Part shown: positions 42,901 through 58,239 of the stretch, piece after piece
Layout: the number at the start of each line of letters is the position of its first letter
How positions within the stretch are numbered: position 1 is the stretch's first letter
Source of the DNA: Eledone cirrhosa
Taxonomy: Eukaryota
Direction of reading: 5' to 3'
Assembly (NCBI GenBank): GCA_964016885.1
Contig: OZ024742.1
Span: 341,620,001-341,684,000 of the forward strand
Length of the DNA stretch: 64,000 nt
Translations under genes and position numbers: made by a program
Notes under the pieces: generated by a model
The model's database searches: none
The model's input: the letters and a program-made list of their open reading frames with translations, nothing else
Told to the model about the DNA's origin: nothing

Positions 42901-45900
42901 AACAGCAACTACAACACCAACAACACCAACAACACCAACAACACCAACAACACCAACAACACCAACAACAACAACACCAACAACACCAACAACACCAACA
43001 ACACCAACAGCAACTACAACACCAACAACACCAACAACACCAACAACACCAACAACACCAACAACACAACAACACCAACAACACCAACAACACCAACACC
43101 AACAACACCAACAACACCAACAACACCAACAGCAACTACAACACCAACAACACCAACAGCAACTACAACACCAACAACACCAACAACACCAACAACAACT
43201 ACAACACCAACACCAACAACACCAACAACACCAACACCAACAACACCAACAACACCAACAGCAACTACAACACCAACAACACCAACAACACCAACACCAA
43301 CAACGCCAACAACATCAACAATACCAACAACACCAACAACACCAACAACACCAACAGCAACTACAACACCAACAACACCAACAGCAACTACAACACCAAC
43401 ACCACCAACAACACCAACAACAACACCAACACCAACAACACCAACAACACCAACAACACCAACAACAACACCAACAACAACAACACGAACAACACCAACA
43501 ATACCAACAACAACAACACCAACAACACCAACAACACCAACACCAACAACACCAACAACACCAACAACACCAACAACACCAACAACAACACCAACACCAA
43601 CAACACCAACAACACCAACAACACCAACAACACCAACAACAACACCAACAACAACAACACCAACAACACCAACAACACCAACAACAACAACACCAACAAC
43701 ACCAACAACACCAACACCAACAACACCAACAACACCAACAACACCAACAACACCAACAACACCAACAACACCAACACCAACAACACCAACAACACCAACA
43801 ACACCAGCAGCAACTACAACACCAACAACACCAACAACAACAACACCAACAACACCAACAACACCAACGACACCAACAGCAACTACAACACCAACAACAC
43901 CAACAACACTAACAGCACCACCACCAACAACACCAACACCACCAAAACCAACAACACCAACAACACCAACAACACCAACACCAACAACACCAACAACACC
44001 AACAACACCAACAACACCAACAACACCAACAACACCAACAGCACCACCACCAACAACACCAACAATACCAACACCAACAACACCAACAACACCAACAACA
44101 CCAACAACACCAGCACCAACAACGCCAACAACATCAACATCAACAACACCAACAACACCAACACCAACAACACCAACAACACCAACTGCAACTACAACAC
44201 ACACAACACCAACAACACCCACAACACCAACACCAACAACACCAACAACACCAACACCAACAACACCAACAACACCAACAACACCAACAACACCAACAAC
44301 ACCAACAACACCAACAACACCAACAACACCAACAGAAACTACAACACCAACACCAACAACACCAACAACACAAAAACACCAACAACACCAACAACACCAA
44401 CAGCAACTACAACACCAACAACACCAACAACACCAACAACACCAACAACACCAACAACACCAACAACACCAACAGCAACTACAACACCAACACCAACAAC
44501 ACCAACACCAACAACACCAACAACGTCAACAACACCAACAACAACACCAACACCAACAACACCAACAACACCAACAACACCAACACCAACAACACCAACA
44601 GCAACTACAACACCAACAACACCAACAACACCAACAACACCAACAACACCAACAGCAACTACAACACCAACAACACCAACAACAACTACAACACCAACAA
44701 CACCAACGACACCAACAACACCAACAACACCAACAGCAACTACAACACCAACAACACCAACAACACCAACAACACCAACACCAACAACACCAACAACACC
44801 AACAGCAACTACAACACCAACAACACCAACAGCAACTACAACACCAACAACACCAACAACACCAACAACAACTACAACACCAACACCAACAACACCAACA
44901 ACACCAACACCAACAACACCAACAACACCAACAGCAACTACAACACCAACAACACCAACAACACCAACAACACCAACAACACCAACAGCAACTGCAACAC
45001 CAACAACACCAACAACACCAACAACACCAACAACACCAACAACAACAACACCAACAACACCAACAACACCAACAACACCAACAGCAACTACAACACCAAC
45101 AACACCAACAACACCAACAACACCAACAACGCCAACAACACCAACACCAACAACACCAACAACACCAACAGCAACTACAACACCAACAACAACACCAACA
45201 ACAACAACACGAACAACACCAACAATACCAACAACAACAACACCAACAACACCAACAACACCAACACCAACAACACCAACAACACCAACAACACCAACAA
45301 CACCAACAACACCACCAACACCAACAACACCAACAACACCAACAACACCAACAACAACACCAACAACAACAACACCAACAACACCAACAACACCAACAAC
45401 AACAACACCAACAACACCAACAACACCAACACCAACAACACCAACAACACCAACAACACCAACAAAACCAACAACAACACCAACACCAACAACACCAACA
45501 ACACCAACAACACCAACAACACCAACAACACCAACAACAACACCAACAACAACAACACCAACAACACCAACAACACCAACAACAACAACACCAACAACAC
45601 CAACAACACCAACACCAACAACACCAACAACACCAACAACACCAACAACACCAACAGCAACTACAACACCAACAACACCAACAACACCAACACCAACAAC
45701 ACCAACAACACCAACAACACCAACAACACCAACAACACCAACACCAACAACACCAACAACACCAACACCAACAACACCAACACCAACAACACCAACGACA
45801 TCAACAATACCAACAACACCAACAACACCAACAACACCAACAGCAACTACAACACCAACAACACCAACAGCAACTACAACACCAACAACACCAACAACAC

Positions 45901-48900
45901 CAACAACAACACCAACACCAACAACACCAACAACACCAACAACAACACCAACAACAACAACACCAACAACACCAACAATACCAACAACAACAACACCAAC
46001 AACAACAACAACACCAACACCAACAACACCAACAACACCAACAACACCAACAACACCAACAACAACACCAACACCAACAACACCAACAACACCAACAAGG
46101 ACAACAACACCAACAACAACACCAACAACAACAACACCAACAACACCAACAACACCAACAACAACAACACCAACAACACCAACAACACCAACACCAACAA
46201 CACCAACAACACCAACAACACCAACAACACCAACAACACCAACAACACCAACACCAACAACACCAACAACACCAACAACACCAACAGCAACTACAACACC
46301 AACAACACCAACAACACCAACACCAACAACACCAACAACACCAACAACACCAACAGCAACTACAACACCAACAACACCAACAACATTAACAGCACCACCA
46401 CCAACAACACCAACACCACCAAAACCAACAACACCAACAACACCAACAACACCAACACCAACAACACCAACAACACCAACAACACCAACAACACCAACAA
46501 CACCAACAACACCAACAGCACCACCACCAACAACACCAACAATACCAACACCAACAACACCAACAACACCAACAACACCAACAACACCAGCACCAACAAC
46601 GCCAACAACATCAACATCAACAACACCAACAACACCAACACCAACAACACCAACAACACCAACTGCAACTACAACACCAACAACACCAACAACACTAACA
46701 ACACCAACACCAACAACACCAACAACACCAACACCAACAACACCAACAACACCAACAGCAACTACAACACCAACAACACCAACAACACCAACAGCAACTA
46801 CAACACCAACACCAACAACACCAACAACACCAACACCAACAACACCAACAACACCAACACCAACAACACCAACAACACCAACAGCAACTACAACACAAAC
46901 AACACCAACAACACCAACAACACCAACAACACCAACAACACCAACAACACCAACAGCAACTACAACACCAACACCAACAACACCAACACCAACAACACCA
47001 ACAACATCAACAACACCAACAACAACACCAACACCAACAACACCAACAACACCAACACCAACAACACCAACAGCAACTACAACACCAACAACACCAACAA
47101 CACCAACAACACCAACAACACCAACAGCAACTACAACACCAACAACACCAACAACAACTACAACACCAACAACACCAACGACACCAACAACACCAACAAC
47201 ACCAACAGCAACTACAACACCAACAACACCAACAACACCAACAACACCAACAACACCAACAACACCAACACCAACAACACCAACAACACCAACAGCAACT
47301 ACAACACCAACAACACCAACAACACCAACAGCAACAACACCAACAACACCAACAACACTACCAACAACACCACCAACATCAACAACACCAACAACAAGAA
47401 CACCAACACCAACAACACCAACAACACCAACAGCAACTACAACACCAACAACACCAACAGCAACTACAACACCAACAACACCAACAACACCAACAACAAC
47501 TACAACACCAACACCAACAACACCAACAACACCAACACCAACAACACCAACAACACCAACAGCAACTACAACACCAACAACACCAACAACACCAACAACA
47601 CCAACAACACCAACAGCAACTGCAACACCAACAACACCAACAACACCAACAACACCAACAACACCAACAACAACATCACCAACAACACCAACAACACCAA
47701 CAACACCAACAGCAACTACAACACCAACAACACCAACAACACCAACAACACCAACAACACCAACAACACCAACAACAACAACACCAACAACACCAACAAC
47801 ACCAACAACACCAACAGCAACTACAACACCAACAACTCAACAACACCAACAACACCAACAACACCAACAACACAACAACACCAACAACACCAACAACACC
47901 AACACCAACAACACCAACAACACCAACAACACCAACAGCAACTACAACACCAACAACACCAACAACACCAACAACAACTACAACACCAACACCAACAACA
48001 CCAACAACACCAACACCAACAACACCAACAACACCAACAGCAACTACAACACCAACAACACCAACAACACCAACAACACCAACAACACCAACAGCAACTG
48101 CAACACCAACAACACCAACAACACCAACAACACCAACAACACCAACAACAACAACACCAACAACACCAACAACACCAACAAAACCAACAGCAACTACAAC
48201 ACCAACAACACCAACAACACCAACAACACCAACAACACCAACAACACCAACAACACCAACAACACCAACACCAACAACACCAACAACACCAACAACACCA
48301 ACAGCAACTACAACACCAACAACACCAACAGCAACTACAACACCAACAACAACAACAACACCAACAACACCAACAACACCAACAACACCAACAGCAAATA
48401 CAACACCAACAACACCAACAACACCAACAACAGCAACAACACCAACAATACCCACAACACCAACAACACCAACAACACCAACAGCAACTACAACACCAAC
48501 AACACCAACAGCAACTACAACACCAACAACACCAACAACACCAACAACACCAACAACACCAACAGCAACTACAACACCAACAACACCAACAACACCAACA
48601 ACACCAACAACACCAACAACACCAACAACACCAACAACACCAACACCAACAGCAACTACAACACCAACAACACCAACCACACCAACAACACCAACAACAC
48701 CAACAGCAACTACAACACCAACAACACCAACAACACCAACAACACCAACAACACCAACAACACCAACAACACCAATAGCAACTACAACACCAACACCAAC
48801 AACACCAACACCAACAACACCAACAACATCAACAACACCAACAACAACACCAACACCAACAACACCAACAACACCAACAACACCAACACCAACAACACCA

Positions 48901-51900
48901 ACAGCAACTACAACACCAACAACACCAACAACACCAACAACACCAACAACACCAACAGCAACTACAACACCAACAACACCAACAACAACTACAACACCAA
49001 CAACACCAACGACACCAACAACACCAACAACACCAACAGCAACTACAACACCAACAACACCAACAACACCAACAACACCAACAACACCAACAACACTAAC
49101 ACCAACAACACCAACAACACCAACAGCAACTACAACACCAACAACACCAACAACACCAACAGCAACAACACCAACAACACCAACAACAATACCAACAACA
49201 CCACCAACACCAACAACACCAACAACAAGAACACCAACACCAACAACACCAACAACACCAACAGCAACTACAACACCAACAACACCAACAGCAACTACAA
49301 CACCAACAACACCAACAACACCACCAACAACTACAACACCAACACCAACAACACCAACAACACCAACACCAACAACACCAACAACACCAACAGCAACTAC
49401 AACACCAACAACACCAACAACACCAACAACACCAACAACACCAACAGCAACTGCAACACCAACAACACCAACAACACCAACAACACCAACAACACCAACA
49501 ACAACATCACCAACAACACCAACAACACCAACAACACCAACAGCAACTACAACACCAACAACACCAACAACACCAACAACACCAACAACACCAACAACAC
49601 CAACAACAACAACACCAACAACACCAACAACACCAACAACACCAACAGCAACTACAACACCAACAACTCAACAACACCAACAACACCAACAACACCAACA
49701 ACACAACAACACCAACAACACCAACAACACCAACACCAACAACACCAACAACACCAACAACACCAACAGCAACTACAACACCAACAACACCAACAGCAAC
49801 TACAACACCAACAACACCAACAACACCAACAACAACTACAACACCAACACCAACAACACCAACAACACCAACACCAACAACACCAACAACACCAACAGCA
49901 ACTACAACACCAACAACACCAACAACACCAACAACACCAACAACACCAACAGCAACTGCAACACCAACAACACCAACAACACCAACAACACCAACAACAC
50001 CAACAACAACAACACCAACAACACCAACAACACCAACAAAACCAACAGCAACTACAACACCAACAACACCAACAACACCAACAACACCAACAACACCAAC
50101 AACACCAACAACACCAACAACACCAACACCAACAACACCAACAACACCAACAACACCAACAGCAACTACAACACCAACAACACCAACAGCAACTACAACA
50201 CCAACAACAACAACAACACCAACAACACCAACAACACCAACAACACCAACAGCAAATACAACACCAACAACACCAACAACACCAACAACAGCAACAACAC
50301 CAACAATACCAACAACACCAACAACACCAACAACACCAACAGCAACTACAACACCAACAACACCAACAGCAACTACAACACCAACAACACCAACAACACC
50401 AACAACACCAACAACACCAACAGCAACTACAACACCAACAACACCAACAACACCAACAACACCAACAACACCAACAACACCAACAACACCAACAACACCA
50501 ACAACACCAACACCAACAGCAACTACAACACCAACAACACCAACCACACCAACAACACCAACAACACCAACAGCAACTACAACACCAACAACACCAACAA
50601 CACCAACAACACCAACAACACCAACAACACCAACAACACCAATAGCAACTACAACACCAACACCAACAACACCAACACCAACAACACCAACAACATCAAC
50701 AACACCAACAACAACACCAACACCAACAACACCAACAACACCAACAACACCAACACCAACAACACCAACAGCAACTACAACACCAACAACACCAACAACA
50801 CCAACAACACCAACAACACCAACAGCAACTACAACACCAACAACACCAACAACAACTACAACACCAACAACACCAACAACACTAACACCAACAACACCAA
50901 CAACACCAACAGCAACTACAACACCAACAACACCAACAACACCAACAGCAACAACACCAACAACACCAACAACAATACCAACAACACCACCAACACCAAC
51001 AACACCAACAACAAGAACACCAACACCAACAACACCAACAACACCAACAGCAACTACAACACCAACAACACCAACAGCAACTACAACACCAACAACACCA
51101 ACAACACCACCAACAACTACAACACCAACACCAACAACACCAACAACACCAACACCAACAACACCAACAACACCAACAGCAACTACAACACCAACAACAC
51201 CAACAACACCAACAACACCAACAACACCAACAGCAACTGCAACACCAACAACACCAACAACACCAACAACACCAACAACACCAACAACAACAACACCAAC
51301 AACACCAACAACACCAACAACACCAACAGCAACTACAACACCAACAACACCAACAACACCAACAACACCAACAACACCAACAACACCAACAACACCAACA
51401 ACAACAACACCAACAACACCAACAACACCAACAACACCAACAGCAACTACAACACCAACAACACCAACAACACCAACAACACCAACAACACCAACAACAC
51501 AACAACACCAACAACACCAACAACACCAACACCAACAACACCAACAACACCAACAACACCAACAGCAACTACAACACCAACAACACCAACAGCAACTACA
51601 ACACCAACAACACCAACAACACCAACAACAACTACAACACCAACACCAACAACACCAACAACACCAACACCAACAACACCAACAACACCAACAGCAACTA
51701 CAACACCAACAACACCAACAACACCAACAACACCAACAACACCAACAGCAACTGCAGCACCAACAACACCAACAACACCAACAACACCAACAACACCAAC
51801 AACAACAACACCAACAACACCAACAACACCAACAAAACCAACAGCAACTACAACACCAACAACACCAACAACACCAACAACACCAACAACACCAACAACA

Positions 51901-54900
51901 ACAACACCAACAACAACACCAACAACACCAACAGCAACTACAACACCAACAACACCAACAACACCAACAACACCAACAACACCAACAACACCAACACCAA
52001 CAACACCAACAACACCAACAGCAACTACAACACCAACAACACCAACAGCAACTACAACACCAACAACACCAACAACACCAACAACACCAACAACACCAAC
52101 AACACCAACAGCAACTACAACACCAACAACACCAACAACACCAACAACAGCAACAACACCAACAATACCAACAACACCAACAACACCAACAACACCAACA
52201 GCAACTACAACACCAACAACACCAACAGCAACTACAACACCAACAACACCAACAACACCAACAACACCAACAACACCAACAACACCAACAGCAACTACAA
52301 CACCAACAACACCAACAACACCAACAACAGCAACAACACCAACAACACCAACAACACCAACAACACCGACAACACCAACAACACCAACACCAATAGCAAC
52401 TACAATACCAACAACACCAACAACACCAACAACACCAACAACACCAACAGCAACTACAACACCAACAACACCAACAACACCAACACCAACAACACCAACA
52501 ACACCAACAACACCAACAGCAACTACAACACCAACAACACCAACAACACTAACAGCACCACCACCAACAACACCAACACCACCAAAACCAACAACACCAA
52601 CAACACCAACAACACCAACAACACCAACACCAACAACACCAACAACACCAACAACACCAACAACACCAACAACACCAACAACACCAACAGCAACTACAAC
52701 ACCAACAACACCAACAGCAACTACAACACCAACAACACCAACAACACCAACAACAACACCAACACCAACAACACCAACAACACCAACAACACCAACAACA
52801 ACACCAACAACAACAACACCAACAACACCAACAACACCAACAACAACAACACCAACAACACCAACAACACCAACACCAACAACACCAACAACACCAACAA
52901 CACCAACAACACCAACAACAACACCAACACCAACAACACCAACAACACCAACAACACCAACAACACCAACAACACCAACAACAACACCAACAACAACAAC
53001 ACCAACAACACCAACAACACCAACAACAACAACACCAACAACACCAACAACACCAACACCAACAACACCAACAACACCAACAACACCAACAACACCAACA
53101 GCAACTACAACACCAACAACACCAACAACACCAACACCAACAACACCAACAACACCAACAACACCAACACCAACAACACAAACAACACCAACAACACCAA
53201 CAGCAACTACAACACCAACAACACCAACAACACCAACACCAACAACACCAACAACACCAACAACACCAACAGCAACTACAACACCAACAACACCAACAAC
53301 ACTAACAGCACCACCACCAACAACACCAACACCACCAAAACCAACAACACCAACAACACCAACACCAACAACACCAACAACACCAACAACACCAACAACA
53401 CCAACAACACCAACAACACCAACAACACTAACAGCACCACCACCAACAACACCAACACCAACAACACCAACAAAACCAACAACACCAACAACACCAACAC
53501 CAACAACACCAACAAAACCAACAACACCAACAACACCACCACCAACAACACCAACACCAACAACACCAACAACACCAACACCAACAACACCAACAACACT
53601 AACAGCACCACCACCAACAACACCAACACCAACAACACCAACAACACCAACAACACCAACAACACCAACAACACCAACAACACTAACAGCAACTACACCA
53701 ACAACACCAACAACACCAACAACACCAACAACACCAACAAAACCAACAACACCAACAACACCAACACCAACAACACCAACAACATCAACAACACCAACAA
53801 CACCAACAACACCAACACCAACAACACCAACAACACCAACAACACCAACAACACCAACACCAACAACACCAACAACACCAACAACACCAACAACACCAAC
53901 AACACCAACAACACCAACAGCAACTACAACACCAACAACACCAACAACACCAACAACAACTACAACACCAACACCAACAACACCAACAACACCAACAACA
54001 CCAACACCAACAACACCAACAACACCAACAGCAACTACAACACCAACAACACCAACAACACCAACAACAGCAACAACACCAACAACACCAACAACACCAA
54101 CACCAACAACACCAACAGCAACTACAACACCAACAACACCAACAACACCAACAACACCAACAACACCAACAACACCAACAACAACAACACCAACAACACC
54201 AACAACACCAACAACACCAACAGGAACTACAACACCAACAACACCAACAACACCAACAACACCAACAACACCAACAACACCAACAACACCAACACCAACA
54301 ACACCAACAACACCAACAACACCAACAGCAACTACAACACCAACAACACCAACAGCAACTACAACACCAACAACACCAACAGCAACTACAACACCAACAA
54401 CACCAACAACACCAAAACCAACAACACCAACAACACCAACAACACCAACAGCAACTACACCAACAACTACACCAACTACAACACCAACAACACCAACAAC
54501 ACCAACACCAACAACACCAACAACACCAACAACACCAACAACACCAACAGCAACTACAACACCAACAACACCAACAACACCAACAACACCAACACCAACA
54601 ACACCAACAACACCAACAACACCAACAACACCAACAACACCAACACCAACAACACCAACAACACCAACAACACCAACAACACCAACAACACCAACAACAC
54701 CAACACCAACAACACCAACAACACCAACAACACCAACAACACCAACAACACCAACAGCAACTACAACACCAACAACACCAACAACACCAACAACACCAAC
54801 AACACCAACAACACCAACAACACCAACAACACCAACAGCAACTACAACACCAACAACACCAACAACACCAACACCAACAACACCAACAACACCAACAACA

Positions 54901-55517
54901 CGAAAACCAACAACACCAACACCAACAACACCAACAACACCAACAACACCAACAACAACACCAACAACAACACCAACAACAACAACAGCAACAACACCAA
55001 CAACACCACCAACACCAACAACACCAACAACAACAACACCAACAACACCAACAACACCAACAACACCAACAACACCAACAACACCAACAACACCAAAACC
55101 AACAACACCAACAACACCAACAACACCAACAACACCAACAACACCAACAGCAACTACAACACCAACACCACCAACAACACCAACAACACCAACAACACCA
55201 ACAGCAACTACAACACCAACAACACCAACAACACCAAAACCAACAACACCAACAACACCAACAACACCAACAGCAACTACACCAACAACACCAACAACAC
55301 CAACAACACCAAAACCAACAACACCAACAACACCAACAACACCAACAGCAACTACACCAACAACACCAACAACACCAACAACACCAACAATGCCAACAAC
55401 ACCAACAACACCAACAACACCAACACCAACAACACCAACAACACCAACAACACCAACAACACCAACACCAACAACACCAACAACACCAACAACACCAACT
55501 GCTACTACAACGACCCA
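21996..55517. repeat. ~33.5-kb satellite of 9-bp ACACCAACA units with ACAGCAACTACA and other triplet variants; kilobase higher-order duplications
   Basis: Directly visible; rare variant motifs recur at constant offsets. Confidence 0.98.
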
Positions 55518-55879
55518 TAACATCAACTTAAAAATAATACTTGTTTCAGAACCAAAAAAAAAATGATATTTCTCTATTCCAAAATCCATCAAATGGACCA
55601 ATGCTAATGATTCCCTCACCGCGGGAGGGGGGGGGGGGGGGGGGGTTTCATCGAAGTTTCTCCATATTTTCAATAAAAATATTTTTTATGTTATTATGAA
55701 AGGATTCTTCAACTTTTATAATATTTTATGTTTCTTTTTTCTTTTTCTTTTATTTTTTCTTTAGTAATATTAAGCAAAAATAAAATTTAATTGAATTTGT
55801 GCTTTCTCTCATTATGAAAATATTAATGGTTTCATTCTGTTTTAATGTATAAAATCAATTAAATGTATAATTATACTTC

Positions 55880-56213
55880 TGTCTAGCATTGGCAGAGGGC
55901 CAGCAATTTGGGGTGTAGGGAAAGTTGGTTATATAGACACGAGTACGTAACTGGTACTTTATTTTATCAACCCAGGAAGGTTGAAAAGCAAAGTTAAACT
56001 TGGGATTTTAACTCAGAAGGTAAATAGCTTGAACAAATACTGTGAAGCATTTGTCCAACGCTGTAACGGTCCACTGCCCTAATAATAATTGTTTCTACTT
56101 TTTCCACGGCAAAGCTAACCTTGGCGGGATTTGAACTCAGACCGTAAAGGGCCGTAACTCTATGTCGCTAAGCATGTTGTCCGATGCTCAACCGATTTTA
56201 CCGATTTACTACC
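55880..56213 (-). mobile_element. Two adjacent SINE family A-related copies, one internally deleted
   Basis: CTGGTACTTTATTTTATCAACCC...GGATTTTAACTCAG and TTGTTTCTACTTTT...GGCGGGATTTGAACTCAG. Confidence 0.8.
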
Positions 56214-56479
56214 CTACAGAAAATTTAAAATATGATGAAAACAATAGAACATAACAATGTTTGTCAACTATGATCAGCCCACCAATAGGGAGGGGTACTG
56301 CACTTTAGGGTAATTCCAGCTAGAACCCCCGCCCCACAAAACTCTGAATTACTCTATAATCTCACGGACATTAAAAGTGCTCTCTCCTTGATTATCACCA
56401 GCTTGGTAAAATATCGTCCGATGGGGACGCACCCGACTTAAGTTATTCTTGAGTAACAATTGGCTAAAGCCTCTGAAAT

Positions 56480-56800
56480 ATACATAAAGGTTGTTATCAA
56501 TAAATTGAAATCCGAATGTGGCTGTCTACGACTACGAGAATCCCGCTGACGAGGACAACACAAGATAGTTGCTGTGACACGATTCTTCTTACGTTTTCTT
56601 TCATCCTCATTGTCATCCTTGTGTGTATTCGCAAGGGATGAGACAGACTGGTGAATGACGTCTCCTATGTCTCGCCAAATGACCAGATGAAAAGCTATAT
56701 CAGACCACTGGCCATGGTCAATGAGGCATACTTGAAGGGATTTCTTCAAAGATTATTTGTACCTTTGCTTCCGTGTCCCTCAGTTACCGTGGCATGTGAA
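56480..56800 (-). mobile_element. Degenerate RTE-type LINE 3' coding remnant
   Basis: RKQRYK*SLKKSLQVCLIDHGQWSDIA...WR...EDERKRKKNR, matching the C-terminal pattern of the element at 7584-8286. Confidence 0.65.
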
Positions 56801-56805
56801 GAGTT

Positions 56806-57403
56806 AGCATCAGTTGTTAGCTGTCGATACACTGCATCTTTTAAAACCTCCATGGAACAAACTACCAGCATCAGTTGTTAGCTGTCGAGACACTGCATCC
56901 TTTAAAACGTCCATGGAACAAACTACCAGCATCAGTTGTTAGCTGTCGAGATACTGCATCCTTTAAAACCTCCATGGAACAAACAACCAGCATCAGTTGT
57001 TAGATGTCGAGACACTGCATCCTTTAAAACCTCCATGGAACAAACTACCAGCATCAGTTGTTAACTGTCGAGACACTGCATCCTTTAAAACCTCCATGGA
57101 ACAAACTACCAGCATCAGTTGTTAGCTGTCGAGACACTGCATCCTTTAAAACCTCCATGGAACAAAATACTAACATCAGTTGTTAGCTGTCGAGATACCG
57201 GATCCTTTAAAACCTCCATGGAACAAACAACCAGCATCAGTTGCTAGCTGTCGAGACACTGCATCCTTTAAAACCTCCATGGAACAAACAACCAGCATCA
57301 GTTGTTAGACGTCGAGACACTGCATCCTTTAAAACCTCCATGTAACAAACTACCAGCATCAGTTGTTAGATGTCGAGACACTGCATACTTTAAAACTTCC
57401 ATG
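56806..57403. repeat. 61-bp minisatellite, ~10 copies
   Basis: Unit AGCATCAGTTGTTAGCTGTCGAGACACTGCATCCTTTAAAACCTCCATGGAACAAACTACC; starts at 56806, 56867, 56928. Confidence 0.97.
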
Positions 57404-57524
57404 CTTCATTAAATTCGCCAACACTACACCTGATGTCCCCCCTCCATACACACGCATGCATGGCTGTGTGTATATCATGACTGATAGACTGTTCACTTTC
57501 CTGACATTTGTACATTATTTTATG

Positions 57525-57645
57525 GTCTGAGTTCAAATCCTGCCGAGGTTAACTTTGCTTTTCATCCTTATGGGGTCGATAAAATAAAGTACCAGTAATG
57601 TACTGTGATAATTGTTGGCCTTGTGCCAAAAGTAGAAACAATTAT
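57525..57645 (+). mobile_element. SINE family A copy
   Basis: GAGTTCAAATCCTGCCGAGGTTAACTTTGC...GGGGTCGATAAAATAAAGTACCAG...AGTAGAAACAATTATT. Confidence 0.88.
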
Positions 57646-57852
57646 TAGATGTACTATACATGCAGCTTTGATGAGTTGTAGTGCACATATATAATTATAT
57701 ATTCGTCTACAGATATGTTTGAATACACAATAACAAAATCTAAACAAACGTATTTATTTCACGAGGGTCGATAAGGATAAATATATATCAAATATATAAG
57801 AACCCTAGAGCAAATCCCGAGCAACGTCAGGCCATTCTGATAGTCTATATAA

Positions 57853-57881
57853 AGAGAGAGAGAGAGAAAAAGAGAGAGAGA

Positions 57882-57949
<68 letters not shown>

Positions 57950-58034
57950 GAGAGAGAGAAAAGAGAGAGAGAGAGAGAGAGAGTGTGAGAGAGAGAGAGA
58001 CAGAGAGTGGGAGAGAGAGAGAGATAGCGAGAGA

Positions 58035-58104
<70 letters not shown>
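57853..58104. repeat. (GA)n microsatellite
   Basis: Directly visible. Confidence 0.97.
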
Positions 58105-58106
<2 letters not shown>

Positions 58107-58239
58107 CATTACCTACTTTACCAAGCGTCAGAATATTATATATCTTCATTGTACTGAATCATATTGCTGTGCTGTTTGACGTTTTGTTGTTTGCTTTGGT
58201 ATTTCTGTTTACTTTTTACATACATATATTTAAGTTTAC

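Noticed and set aside
21996-55517. Telomere
   Set aside because: Non-canonical unit, with ordinary sequence on both sides.
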